Numbered from the stretch's first letter, positions 1 through 14,626 are shown. The stretch is 64,000 nt of DNA from Tubulanus polymorphus (GCF_964204645.1 NC_134030.1:16926110-16990109); one strand, 5' to 3'. Notes: generated by a model not told the origin, from the letters alone. Program-made: numbers and translations.

Positions 1-301
1 TAAAATCTAAAATTATATATTATTTTATTATCAGTGGTTCGGTTACAATTAGTTCTGTAATAACATTTCTAGCAATATTCAGTCCATTAACACCTTTAGC
101 TATATCAATTGGTGTATTAGGATTATCATCAAGTGTATTAACTGGTATAAGTTCAAAATTAAATATAAAAAGTAATAAAGATAAAAATTAAAACTAATAT
201 AAAAGAAATTAATAAATTAAAGAATACACTAGATTATATAATCAGTTTAAATGGTCATATAACAGTTGAAGAAAAAGATAAATTATTAAAAGAATTAATA
301 A
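1..301 (+). pseudogene. 3' part of a two-TM membrane protein (homolog of 23737..24159)
   Basis: Nearly identical to the reverse complement of ~23750-24020 (YLIISGSVTISSVITFLAIFSPLTPLAISIGVLGLSSSVLTG); frameshifted. Confidence 0.75.
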
Positions 302-929
302 ATTATTGATTTTTTAATTATATAAATGGTAGATAGTTTTCCAAAAGCTTTCCAATATAATAAATCAATTAAATATAATATTCCAGCAATAGATTTTAAT
401 AAAGATATTTCATATAGAAATGAAGTTTTAAATTCATTAATTGATTTATATATTTATGTTACTGAAACTAATTATTTTAATGTTAAGATGGAAAATATGT
501 TTCATGTGTATACAATTAATTTTAAAAATTTAAATGAGGCAAATGGTTATTAAAATCTAATATGAAGTATTGGCAGAACCAATTAAATTTTGCTGTTTAT
601 TGCGCAACAACAGGATGTGGAATTAGTTGGAATGATCATTTAAACAAACCAAGTTTACCATTGATGTTATCACTTTTTAGATTTCATACATATTTTCAAG
701 TAAAATTAATATTAGATGAATTAGAATGTCCTTTACCAGGTTCAAAATATTTTAAAGAATTGAATAATAATATTAATTTTTCTAAGTTTTATAAAATATG
801 TAATGAATTTAATATTAATTCAAATAAATATTCAAATAATTAATTCAAAAATTGGAACAATGGGTGGATTAGGAATATTATATACTAAAGAATTTGGAAA
901 AAAAAGTCCTCCCAAATTACATTCAACTT

Positions 930-2514
<1,585 letters not shown>

Positions 2515-3066
2515 TTGGAAATGATAACACTTCATTCGATGCGCAGAAACAATTCAAAGTATTATTTGAAGATTCCATTCATAATGATAAAAATAGATCG
2601 ATTCCAGAAAACATTGTAAGATATCAAAATTATTTAGATAAATCTCATGTAAGACTAAATTATTGTATAGGCCCTAATCTATTAATTATTTCTAATGATT
2701 TAGTATTAAAGATGGGAAACATAATTGGTTACAATAATCTAATTAAAACTGCAACAATAAATAATTCATTTGGATTAAATGATATGAATAAAAAGATTAT
2801 TACTGCTCCAAAATTAATGGAAGGTGAAAAAAATAAAAAACATATTCAATCAACAGAAACTAAAACTAAGAATATTAAATTAAATAATGATTCTAAACCG
2901 GATTATAATACATCAGAAAATATTAAAACTGATAATATTCAACATGATATGATTATAACTGATAATGATAATAAATCCCATGAAAATACTAAATTAGCTT
3001 TAACTCGTATAGGAATTGTAATCGGAGGAGTATTATATTTCAAATTTTAATTTTTTTATTATATAA

Positions 3067-4522
3067 ATGGCAAAAGTAGATATTCCATTGGATCCTGTAG
3101 ATGACGCTCCTGGTATAAGTGATGAACAACCACCTGATTTTAATGAAACAAGTTTTAATGTCGATAATGAAACAGCATATAATTCTAATTCATCAAGACC
3201 TGATACTAATGGATTTGTTAGTAAAGCACGTTCAAGATTGGACATTGAAAATGAAAATCCAGGTTTATTAAAAAAGAATTAGAATATGAAGAATTAACTG
3301 ATAAATTTCAACCAATATTAAAAAAATCTGGTTTCAATATAACTAATAAAAGTATGAATTATTTAGTGAAAGATTTGAAATATTTAAATGGTGACTATTA
3401 TTGGCATTTGAAAGATGACTATTGTTTTAAGATATCTTCTAATAAAAGTCTTGATAAAATAATAACAAAATCAACTTTTATTAAATTAGAACAATCTAAT
3501 TAAGAAAATCAATAATGATGTTATAACTGATGTTACAGAAGAAGAGATAACTCTAAATAGAATAGAATTTAAACGAAGAAATGATGATTTTTTGAAGATT
3601 ATTAATGAAAATTTAGAACCAGAAACAACATCTGAACAGAACAAAACTTCCAAAACTAGTAAACTTAAATCAACCGAAGTTCAAACTGAAAAACTTTTAC
3701 AAAATGGGTTACTTGATGCATCAGATCAAGAATTAGAAGATTTAAATATATTTTCTGATGAAGCAATTAGAGAAATTATTAGTATAAGAAATGAAGCTGA
3801 TAAAATTGCGCATGATAAAAGTATGAGATTTTAAAATTGGAACTTTAGAAGATGAATTATTTAAATCAAGAAAAGAATCAGAACAATTAAAGTCTGATCT
3901 TGATAATCAAGTAATTGATGAAATTGAATATAGGCAAAAAGAATTACGTTTAGAAAAAGAAATTAATAATTTAAAAGATAATTTAGAAGTACAGAAAGAA
4001 GAAATTAAATTATTAAAAAAATCATATGATATTAATATTAATATTAATACTAATATTAATATTAATAGATTAAAAGTTATTTTTAAAGATTTGTTGATAA
4101 AACCAAATTCTGAAATATCATTGAAAGATAGAATAAAATTATTATTTAAGTTAGAAGGTATAACAATTCTTTCAATTCTAACAGCTGTAACTATGGTATT
4201 CACAACAATAGGTTTAGCAATATCAAATGCTTTAAAATCTACACCAAATCCTAATAAACCGGATAAACCCCCAAATGATAATAATTCTATACAAGATAAA
4301 GTTAAAGATGGTTTAAAAGAATTAGCAAAATATTTATGGGAACTATCTAAAAAATCTGCTGCAGCTTTACCAGGAATTATTGCATCAATTGTTGGTTTTA
4401 TATTGAAATCTGCAGGGAATATTCTTAACTTTGCTGCTGAACATATCATTTTATTTTTAATTACAATTGTTAGTGCAATTATTTTTGGGTTAGTGAATAT
4501 GATATCAAAAATTATCAAGTAA
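3067..4522 (+). pseudogene. Coiled-coil plus multi-TM viral protein (homolog of ~20830..22286)
   Basis: ORF pieces 3067..3282, 3592..3834, 4091..4522 (LEGITILSILTAV...SAAALPGIIASIVGFIL) match copy B. Confidence 0.75.
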
Positions 4523-4562
4523 ACATGATAAAAAATAAATAATTAATTTTTTTGTTGCATAA

Positions 4563-6289
4563 ATGAGTGGGAGTTATATCAATCCTTCTAAGAATCATAG
4601 AATATCTAATGCTATTAAAGCAGGAAGATCTCATCATATAATTACTTATAATCCTTCTAATATTAATCCTGATGAAACTTTATATGTTAGAATTCCTCGG
4701 TTAACACAAAATACTTTTTATGTTCAAAATAGTATTCATTTATCAGCCGATATAAAAGTAACCGGTAATAATAATAATTATGTTGTTGATAATGTTGGAA
4801 GATATTTTATTAAAAAATTAAGTATAAAGATTGGTCCAGAAACAGTTTTCTCATTAGATGATTATAATTTATTAAACTTTTTTAACTAAAGAAAATAGAA
4901 ATAATATGATATTTCAAGGCATTCAATCGGAAACACAAAATAAATTAAGATCTTAAGCCAATAATGCAGTAGTAGCTAATGACGTAGATAATTTGATTAA
5001 AAATATTTATGGAAGCAAATATAAAATTCCATTAGACTTTGAATTGATAAATAATAATGCACGTTTATATAAATATGCAATTCAAGAAGATATTATATTT
5101 GAGATAACATTTGCTCCTGTAAATGAAATTGTATTATCTAACGTTGTTAAAGATATGGGTTATAAATTATCGAATATATGTTTAGAATATAATACAGTAA
5201 CTAATTAAAATATTGCTAATACAATTCAAACTCAATACAATCAAGGATTTTCATTATTATATGATTATATTGATAATTTAAAACTGTAACTTTTGATGCA
5301 AATGATGAAATAATTAATGAGAATATTAACTTCCCAAGAAGATCTATTAAAGGTATATTAATATTTTTTTACCATTGCAACATATACTTATGGTAGATAA
5401 TTATTATAATCCTGAAATAACAAAAGTAGAAATATAGCTGCAAAGCAGCGATAACGGGTTTTCTGGATGCATGTGATCGAAAAGAAAAATTAATTACCGG
5501 GTATTCGATGGAAAAAATAAAATGAGATGATTTGGATATTATCGGAGCAATCCTCTTTTTGGTTGAATGGTCTAACCCCAGTATAGTCCCCGTGATTTGG
5601 AAATTCTCGGAGCCCTCCTTTATTTACTTACTAACTGACGTCACAAACTGTTATTTCGCCGGTGCTTGTTGTCTAACAATTCAATTCAATTCTTTATTTA
5701 CAGTAACCTAATAAGTAATTTTAAGTTTCAAATAGGATGGAAAGTACATTCAGACAATCTGTTGGTTCAGAGAGACCGTTATTACAGTATCAATTTATAC
5801 ATTTCGTTTCGAAGCTGTCAGTTGCCGAATCTGAATGAAGATGAATTTTATTTGACGAAATCGGCGGAAAATATATAATAATAATAATAATCAACAGAAT
5901 TTCAAGGGGGTTTTCGACGAAAGTCAGAAAACCCTAAATAACTATCGAAGGAATAGCAAATAAAATATTTTGTCAAGGAATGAGAATGATAGATCAATGG
6001 CCAGAAATTAGAAAACATTTTATGAATGAAAAAGTAAAATCATCTGAAAATTGTAATATTAATCAAATTGATTATTATACCGGTAATAAATATGCATTAT
6101 GGTTAGATTTTAGAACAACAGAGGATAATTCATTACATGGTTCTGGGAAAAAACTACAGAACACTAAAGATGGAATGCAATTATTCATGAAAAAAAAAAG
6201 GAAGCTTCAATTTCAAAATGCACATTTATATTATATCTGACGCACAATTAAATATTGTAAATTCACAATTAGATAGTATTCAATATTAG
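4563..6289 (+). pseudogene. Major capsid protein (double jelly-roll), copy A; frameshifted and interrupted by a HINE
   Basis: Near-identical to 19555..20802 (MSGSYINPSKNHRISNAIK...SLHGSGKKLQNTKDG). Confidence 0.8.
5435..5936 (+). mobile_element. Non-autonomous Helentron-associated element (HINE-like) inserted in the MCP gene
   Basis: Splits codons KVEI|TIEG; 5' hairpin GCTGC-AAA-GCAGC, (AAT)n tract, 3' hairpin GGGTTTTC-GAC-GAAA-GTC-A-GAAAACCC; a related 3' end occurs at ~42785-42843. Confidence 0.65.
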
Positions 6290-7842
6290 AAATATAAAGT
6301 TAAAATTAACGATATATAAATGGGCGGTAAAAAAACTCCTAATACTAAAGAACAATATTTAAGAAATTTATATTACAACCCTGAGAGTTCGGTTGCTTAT
6401 TCTTCTACCAAAAATATATGGCGTAAAGTAAAACAAGATAAATTAGATAAGATAATCCCACAAAATTTAGTTAAATATAAAGATATAAATGAATTTATGT
6501 TAGAACAACCAACATATACAACGCATATAAAGATTGTTAGAAAATATAAAACTCGTAAAACTATGGTAAGTTATGTAGATCAACAGTGGCAAGGAGATTT
6601 AAAAATGCAAGGAGATTTGACATTAAAAATGTTAAGAAAGATAATGATGATTATTGGTGGATATTGAATAAAATTGATATTTTTAGTCGTTATGTATGGA
6701 GCTTCCCACTTTATAGAAAAGATGCTGTACAAACATCAAATGTTTTAAGAAAATTTCTTTCGGATGATAATACAGTAACCTAATAAGTAATTTTAAGTTT
6801 CAAATAGGATGGAAAGTACATTCAGACAATCTGTTGGTTCAGAGAGACCGTTATTACAGTATCAATTTATACATTTCGTTTCGAAGCTGTCAGTTACCGA
6901 ATCTGAATGAAGATGAATTTTATTTGACGAAATCGGCGGAAAATATATAATGATAATAATAATCAACAGAATTTCAAGAGGGTTTTCGACGAAAGTCAGA
7001 AAACCCTAAATAACTATCGAAGGAATAGCAAATAAAATATTTTGTCAAGGAATGAGAATGTTAGATCAATGGCCAGAAATTAGAAAACATTTTATGAATG
7101 AAAAAGTAAAATCATCTGAAAATTGTAATATTAATCAAATTGATTATTATACCGGTAATAAATATGCATTATGGTTAGATTTTAGAACAACAGAGGATAA
7201 TTCATTACATGGTTCTGGGAAAAAACTACAGAACACTAAAGATGGAATTCAATTATTCATGAAAAAGAAAAAAGGAAGCTTCAATTTCAAAATGCACATT
7301 TATATTATATCTGACGCACAATTAAATATTGTAAATTCACAATAAGATAGTATTCAATATTAGAAATATAAAGTTAAAAATAACGATATATAAATGGGCG
7401 GTAAAAAAAACTCCTAATACTAAAGAACAATATTTAAGAAATTTATATTACAACCCTGAGAGTTCGGTTGCTTATTCTTCTACCAAAAATATATGGCGTC
7501 AAGTAAAACAAGATAAATTAGATAAGATAATCCCACAAAATTTAGTTAAATATAAAGATATAAATGAATTTATGTTAGAACAACCAACATATACAACGCA
7601 TATAAAGATTGTTAGAAAATATAAAACTCGTAAAACTATGGTAAGTTATGTAGATCAACAGTGGCAAGGAGATTTAAAAATGCAAGGAGATTTGATATGA
7701 AAAATGTTAAAGATAATGATGATTATTGGTGGATATTGAATATAATTGATATTTTTAGTCGTTATGTATGGAGCTTCCCACTTTATAGAAAAGATGCTGT
7801 ACAAACATCAAATGTGTTAAGAAAATTTCTTTCGGATGATAA
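5699..7842 (+). repeat. Tandem duplication of 1072 bp (5699-6770 and 6771-7842): HINE 3' half, MCP 3' end, integrase 5' half
   Basis: Two near-identical copies; junction CGGATGATAA|TACAGTAACC. Confidence 0.95.
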
Positions 7843-8533
7843 ACTAAAACCAGAAAAAATACAATTTGATGATGGAAAAGAATTTGATAATTCACTTGTT
7901 CATGAACTCTTAGATAATCATAATATTAAATATTTTTCAACAAAATCGGATAAAAAAGCAGCAGTTGTTGAACGATTAAATAGAACATTAAGAACAAGAA
8001 TGTGGAAATATTTTACAGCATATAATACTTTTAAATGGATTGATGTTTTACCAAAATTGATATAAGGATATGATAATTCTTATCATTCTTCTATTGGAAT
8101 GAAACCTATTGATGCTAGAAAACCTGAAAATGCTGAAATTGGTTGGAATAATTCATATGGAGCATTTCTTGTAGATGATTTTGGTGAACCTAAATTTAAA
8201 ATAGGACAACACGTTAGAATTTCTAAATATAAAAAGATATTTGATAAAGGATACGATCGAAATTTTACTAGGGAAATATATAAAATAAAAAAGGTAATAA
8301 CAACAAAACCATATGTCTATAAATTAGAAGATTTAGTTGGTGAAGAAATTGATGGGTATTTTCATGAAGAAGAATTGAGTTTAACTACTGAAAATCTAGA
8401 ACAAGAATATAAAATTGAAAAAGTATTAAAAACAAAAACTGTTAAAAGAAAAAAATATTCTTTAGTAAAATGGGTTGGATGGCCAGATAAATTCAATGAA
8501 TGGATATTATCAAGTAAAATTAAAAATATATAA
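7393..8533 (+). pseudogene. Retroviral-type (rve, DDE) integrase with C-terminal chromodomain, copy A; truncated duplicate at 6320-6770
   Basis: QQWQGD, IDIFSRY, IQFDDGKEF, VERLNRTL and YKIEKVLK...LVKWVGWPDKFNEWI; frameshifts and a stop. Confidence 0.9.
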
Positions 8534-9142
8534 ATGAATAAGGAATTATTTATATTTGAGCCTCATAATATGTTAATTTCTGGCGTAACAAATTGTGGAA
8601 AAACTTATCTTATATTAAATTTATTAGAAACTGTTTATAAAAACTATTTTGATAATATATTATTATTTTGTCCAACATATGAATTCAATCAAACTTATGA
8701 TAGATATATTACTAGAAATAATAAATTAATTATATTAGATCCTAAAACAGTAAAAGAAAATTTAGATAATTGCATTAAAATAGCAATTGATATTTATAAA
8801 GGATCAAATACATTATTCATTATAGATGATTGTGCAAATTTACATGATTCAAAAGTTAGAGAAAGTGAGTTATGTTATTTAGCTTTTTCTGGTAGACATT
8901 TTTGGATAACAACTTGGGTTTTAAATCAAAAATATAATTCAATTGTTAAAGATTTTAGAGAAAACATTAGATTTTTAGTTTTATTATACAATAAAGATAG
9001 AAAATCGATGAAAAATGCGCTTGAGGAAAATGATATTATTCCGCATGATTTACGTAATGAATATATGGATAAATTGAAAAATAATAAAAGATCAAAATTA
9101 CTATTTAGATTACAACATCCATTTAAATATGAATTTATTTAA
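8534..9142 (+). CDS. A32/FtsK-HerA family DNA-packaging ATPase, copy A
   Basis: Walker A GVTNCGKT, Walker B FIIDD, GRH motif, LNQKY; open frame. Confidence 0.9.
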   Translation: MNKELFIFEPHNMLISGVTNCGKTYLILNLLETVYKNYFDNILLFCPTYEFNQTYDRYITRNNKLIILDPKTVKENLDNCIKIAIDIYKGSNTLFIIDDCANLHDSKVRESELCYLAFSGRHFWITTWVLNQKYNSIVKDFRENIRFLVLLYNKDRKSMKNALEENDIIPHDLRNEYMDKLKNNKRSKLLFRLQHPFKYEFI

Positions 9143-9420
9143 ATTCAACTAGCTTGTTAATCTATTACATATTTAGTTACATTCTAGTTGAATTCTAGTT
9201 ATTTGTATTTGAAACAAAAATCAAATAAAATTCAACAATAATTTAACTAGCTTGTTAATCTAATATATTTTTAGTTACATTCTAGTTAAATTCTAGTTAT
9301 TGGTAGTTGGAACAAAAATCAACTAGATTTAACAAGAAATAAACAAAAACAACAATATTTCAACTAGCTTGTTAATCTAGTTGAATTCTAGTTACATTCT
9401 AGTTAAATTCTAGTTGCAAC
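9141..9420. repeat. Three imperfect ~100-115-bp CTAG-rich tandem repeats (AACTAGCTTGTTAATCTA...TTAGTTACATTCTAGTT)
   Basis: Units start near 9146, 9245 and 9361; intergenic. Confidence 0.8.
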
Positions 9421-9447
9421 ATCACAACTAATTTTTTTGTTATATAA

Positions 9448-10053
9448 ATGGGAGGTGGAAAGAAAATAAAATCTAAAAATGGTGATGTTCCAATTGAAAA
9501 AACTTTAGATGATTTAGGAATAACAGAAACAAAATTAACTCCAGATGATGGTGCTTTAAATAATGTTACAACAAATAATAATTATGAATATTATCTTTAT
9601 TGTAAACATCAATTAGAAATATTAATAGCATCTGGAAAATGTAAAAATTTTATCGGTAAAAATTTAACTTATAATGAATTAGATACAATGAAATCAGATG
9701 AAATTATTAGATTATTTAAGATTTATGAAACCGCGAGAACAGCTAGAATTAATGACGCGATATCAGAAAATGTAGTAAAAGGTTATAGTAAATTATGTAA
9801 TTATATACTACCAATTCAAGAAGAAAATAGATTATATGCTGATTTAAAAAATGATTATTTAGTTATGACTGAATTAAATAAATGGATTGGATATTTATCA
9901 TTTCAATTAGGTGGATTTATGACATTATTATCAACTGGAGTTATAACATTTTCAAATATTGAAAGTAAAAATATTTCTATAATAAATGAGCGAAGTGGAA
10001 GAAGTGAAGGAATTAACTGTGAAGAAAAAACCGAGAACTCAGAAACAAATTGA
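9448..10053 (+). CDS. Conserved Polinton hypothetical protein (homolog of 15620..16228)
   Basis: Shared IEKTLDDLGI, YLYCKH, DLKNDYLVMTEL and hydrophobic C-terminal segment. Confidence 0.7.
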   Translation: MGGGKKIKSKNGDVPIEKTLDDLGITETKLTPDDGALNNVTTNNNYEYYLYCKHQLEILIASGKCKNFIGKNLTYNELDTMKSDEIIRLFKIYETARTARINDAISENVVKGYSKLCNYILPIQEENRLYADLKNDYLVMTELNKWIGYLSFQLGGFMTLLSTGVITFSNIESKNISIINERSGRSEGINCEEKTENSETN

Positions 10054-10342
10054 ATGGTCTCGGCAATTAGGAATTAAATCACAAGAATATAAAAAAGCTG
10101 TAAAAGAAAAAATAGGTAATAAAAATGGTGAAAATATTGTTATTTCTACTCCTTCTAATGATAGAATATTTAATAAATGTCTATATTTTACAGTTGGATT
10201 TGTAATTGTATTCATTTTGATTGGGTGTAATTGGTATAAGAAATCAAATAAAATTCGTGATATTAATAATTCTGAAACAACTGCTATCAAAAATGAAAAT
10301 ACTTCTGAAATTCCAAAATTGACAATAAAAAAAATGGATTAA
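9986..10342 (+). CDS. Small basic single-TM viral protein (homolog of 16221..16589)
   Basis: KKPRTQKQIEWSRQLG basic motif, TM FTVGFVIVFILIG; TAAATG start. Confidence 0.65.
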   Translation: MSEVEEVKELTVKKKPRTQKQIEWSRQLGIKSQEYKKAVKEKIGNKNGENIVISTPSNDRIFNKCLYFTVGFVIVFILIGCNWYKKSNKIRDINNSETTAIKNENTSEIPKLTIKKMD

Positions 10343-10494
10343 TATTTTAGAAAATAAGCAAAAAAAATAATTTTTTTAAATTAATTGAATATCTCACTAC
10401 TTTTGTCTATCTATGTGGAGCAATTAAATTGTCCAGATAAGTCATTTCGGATTCTAGATATTCATTATTTTTATTAATTCATTTTTTTTTAAAA

Positions 10495-10817
10495 TTTAAT
10501 CAACAATTTATAAATCATGATGGCCATCTTCATTTTTTCCATGATAGATTATTTTAAATCCTTCTAAATCTTTTTATTCCTCTGTACTTATGAAACCCAT
10601 TTATCAGGTAAAAATACTTTAAATTCTCGCGATGTACAAACATTACAGTAGCTTAAATTAGCTGATACTTTCTCTCCATATTTAGTTTTTATCTTTTCAA
10701 TATTTTATGTTCAATTTCTTTTGTAACATCAACTAACTTTTTTATTTCAAATTGTTTTTTGCTGGTTGGTTTTATTGTGTTTTTTATTGTTGCTAAGAAT
10801 GCTTTCCTATCTCCCAT
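10495..10817 (-). pseudogene. Decayed homolog of the 117-aa gene that follows pPolB in copy B (putative OB-fold ssDNA-binding protein)
   Basis: Minus-strand fragments KIKTKYGEK...FKVFLPDKW...DGHHD match NNYGDK...YLPDRF...GHHE of 26047..26400. Confidence 0.55.
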
Positions 10818-11149
10818 TTATAAGGAAAAAAAATTACTTGTGGTGATGAGTGGGGATTACTTCCCCTTGTATATAACAAGCACGCTATTTATCCGAGCAC
10901 AGTTGACACGCAATCACTGTTCTACAGTAATAGCACACGCGTTAATAACCGTTCTCGGTAGCGACTCACTGTATCGATCTATTCACGCGCAGTTGTTGTT
11001 ACGCGCACTCACTGTATACATGTATCACAACGCTGTTGACCGTTCTCGGCCTAGCTGTGATGAGTGGTGTCTCGTACTCTCGTACTCTGGTATGAAAGCC
11101 CACTTTCCCTATTACTTTCAGAGTCTGATTCAGCCCCCTGTTGGACGAC

Positions 11150-11657
11150 TTTTCTGTGCAATTTCACATGGGGTTACTTGAGACAGTCTCTCAAGTAACC
11201 CCATATGAAATTGCACAGAAAATTTTAGTCGGGGTGACTTGAGACACTGTCTCAAGTCACCCCTAGTTGGCTGGATAAACATCCGACCTAATTTTTATTT
11301 TTATAGAATAATGATGAATAAAAGATCAATATCTAAGGTCACAGAGTGCACTGAAGCTTTGTCACTGCATATGTGTATTTGGGGTATAAAGAGATGAGTT
11401 ATGCACCCCGAATGAAGTTTTCTGAATGTAATTTTCCTAAGTTATGCAAAACCTTACTTTCGAGATTGACACACTTCAGCTCACTGTGATCTGGACTATT
11501 TAAGGCCCCTAAATTCATGCAATATGAGAACAAAATTCATTCTACTCACCAAGCTATTAGAAAAAGTGTAGATACTTTGTAAGAATGACACAGCAATTAC
11601 TCATCGGCCATATTGTCTCAAGTCACCCCCTTGTCTCAAGTCACCCCAATTTACGGT
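11150..11657. mobile_element. Tc1/pogo-like MITE remnant with internal palindromes
   Basis: ~70-bp palindrome at 11151-11222; repeated GGGGTGACTTGAGACA motifs; end ...CACCCCAATTTACGG|TA. Confidence 0.5.
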
Positions 11658-12891
11658 ACTCAAGTTAATGATGATAAGCAATATTGAGATATTGTAACAA
11701 AGAATACTTGAGATCATTGCATAAAATAGTGAAATATAATAAATGGAACAAGTTAAGGGGTCGGGGTCCAGTTCCACAGTTCCCAGCTAAGATTTGACTC
11801 TGAGTTAACTCATTGAAAATGAACTAACTTTAACTCAGAGTTAACTCTAACACACAACTTTGGAACTGGGTCCAGTTCTACAGTTAATTAGATTTAACTC
11901 TAAAATGAGTTAATTTTCGATGAGATACTTCTGACAACTGTAGAACTGGGTTTTGGAGATTGGTTCATCATTTAAGATCAAGAATACTTGACCACTCTGC
12001 ATAAAATGGTGAAATAACAAATCATTTCGTGCATCACTTTAGACAAGAAATCCTACCGCGTGTGTTATGTACATTAACCTGTAAACGTTTTTTTCAATTG
12101 TTATGCGCAGTCTCACGATAAACGATAAAAGTACGGATCTTATATGAACATTTTGTTCTCGCGCGATCCTAGATTAAAGTTGGAGATTTACCTCTTCTGT
12201 GCAAATAAATGTATAGCGCGTTCGATTTCCTGACTCACCTTTACTCGGGGATGCCCGGGTAACTAATCGAACGCGCCCGGGTTTCCCCGAGTTACGGTGG
12301 ATAAACAAACGACTTTGGGTAATGTCAATCAATGTCAATTAAACTTTATTGATCCGTATGAATACAAACAAGGTATACAAAACTAATACACTACACGCAG
12401 CGATCATACAGAAAGCGAAAAAAATATTAAAAATACACAAAGCAGAATTATATGTTTATTTTGGTGATGCCACGGCTTATACGCGATATTACGCCTAACT
12501 TTCACGGTCCATCTGCTTCCAGATAGTTTAATGTTCGACAATCGGATCTTAATACTCCATCTATCGGAACAGCTAATTAAATATTATACCATAGGAATAA
12601 TTCTAAGTAAAGAAATACATTTTACAATATAGCAATATTCAATTTAGTTGTATTTTTTCTAATGCGATGCGGTAACATTCAGAGGCCAGATTTTTCATCG
12701 CTCAGAGATTTATGTCACTTTCATTAGAGGACAGAAAGAGATACGCTCAGTCTGTCTTGATTGAGATTGATTAAATTCTGGCAGTACATTGCAGGTTTCC
12801 ATAAAATAAACTTCTGTGGTCGTTAGTAAGGGTGTAAATCGAATCGGATTGAATTTACTCGGGTATACCCGAGTAAGTGTCATGGCATCTT

Positions 12892-13479
12892 AGTAATAGG
12901 GGTAATGGGCTTTCAAGCCAAAGGTCGAAGGGTCGAGCTCATTAAAAACAAAACATTAAAAGTAATTTAAAACTATAATATATTTTCATAACCGTGTGTA
13001 TTTTATATTATAACTAAATATTTATTCTAAGATATCAATAATTTAAATTTAAAAAGCATATTGTATTAAATCAATTGGTCGCTCCACTTCGCTACCGCTC
13101 CGCTCCGCGACCAATTGATTTATTTACAATACACAAATTCATATAATCAAATATATTTTTATAATAATAATTATTCTATTATTCAACTGAAATACACACG
13201 GTTATGAAAATATATTATAGTTTTAAATTACTTTTAATATTTGTTTTTAATGAACTCGACCATTCAACCTTTAACCTGAAAGCCCATTACCCCTATTACT
13301 CTTAAAATAATCATGTACATGAATAACATTTAAATTGACAGATTATTCAATATAAAAGTGTAAGCTCTTATAGAATAGATATATAGATATATTTACAACA
13401 TCATTTCAATATTCATATTTGTATGAGTTAGATTTTTAAACATTAAAAGTGTTAGTAAAGTGTGATTGAAATAATGCAT
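12892..13479 (+). repeat. Left TIR; the first 409 bp (12892-13300) form an imperfect palindrome
   Basis: Reverse complement of 30526-31083 apart from small indels. Confidence 0.95.
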
Positions 13480-14159
13480 AGCTGTTTATACTAGAACATG
13501 ATTTTATTTGAGCCTATATACATTTCATGTAATGAACTATTGAATAAATCTATGAATTCACAGCTGTTACAGCTGTTACTATGACGCCGAGACATATGAG
13601 TCATAATATTGCAAACGTGTAGAGAAAATTCTAGAAAGGTGTGCCGGAACCAGATGACGTGGCAGGAAATGAACAGGCGCTGTAACATTACGCTCAGGAT
13701 ATTCTATCTCTCGAAACGAAATTAGGAGTTTATAGTTAACAATTCTAAATCTAAATGTAAATACTGTTTTTTGTAGTTATTAGGGCTATCAAATATGAAA
13801 CCTTTAGATATATTATTTAAGTGTATTTAGTATATCTTTTAGATGGCTAGAGTTGCCGCTAATATCTTTTAGATTAATAAAACGCCATACGCATCAAGAA
13901 GTGATAGAGAAACCAATAGAAATTAGCACAAGAAACACAAGAATCGCCAAAAGATCGACGAAGAAACTATATAAGAATTTCAAAAACATTAAGACTCCAA
14001 TGATTAAGTTTAACATTTGTTGATGTAGTTAAATATTTACCAGCAATTGAAAAAATGTTTGTAATTATAAATTGTATTTATAGAAATCAAATGATGTATT
14101 GGAAGAAACGGCCGAACAACTTGTATAATGTATTGTGTAAATCTGATTGGTGAATTTTT

Positions 14160-14510
14160 ATGTTCGGTCGTTTCTATTCAGAATGAATATATAATTAGGA
14201 TTAGCGCATGCGCATTGATCAAAAGCGCGCACGAATGCGCGGTTTGCTCAGTGGTATGATTTAGATATTTCATGTCGGTTGTTTCTATTTACATAATTAT
14301 ATATAATTATGATTAGCGCATGCGCATTAAGCAAAACCGCGCACGAATGCGCGGTTTGCCTAATGCGAACACGTTTTGATATTTTCTGTGTTCGGTTGTT
14401 TCTATTTTACAGAATTTACATAATGAATATATAATTATGATTAGCGCATGCGCATTGAGCAAAACCGCGCATGAATGCGCGGTTTTGCCCAGGGGTATCA
14501 TTTAGATATC
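14160..14510. repeat. Three ~115-125-bp GC-containing repeats, each with GCGCATGCGCA and an AAAACCGCGCA-(C/T)GAA-TGCGCGGTTT hairpin
   Basis: Units begin near 14161, 14273 and 14389; upstream of the HNH gene. Confidence 0.85.
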
Positions 14511-14626
14511 AAGGAATCGAAACAACTTATCAAAAGCAGCGAGGAATGAAAAAGAATGACGTTGGTCGAAGAAATGGAAGAGGATTCTAAAATATTAACC
14601 AATTTAGTAAAAAATACATATAATAA

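Noticed and set aside
3907-4518. 203-aa minus-strand ORF, and similar antisense ORFs (18815, 20767, 21086, 31430, 50976, 52563)
   Set aside because: Shadow frames opposite real genes.
12210-12216. Canonical 3-bp TWA TSD for the Harbinger
   Set aside because: Flanks read ATA and TAG; only TA is shared, so the exact TSD is unresolved.
12892-13479. Poxvirus concatemer-resolution sequence (T6-N7-9-YAAAW) in the hairpin arms
   Set aside because: No convincing match found by eye.
14160-14510. Possible CRISPR-like array
   Set aside because: Whole units are homologous with no unique spacers, no cas genes are present, and the context is eukaryotic.
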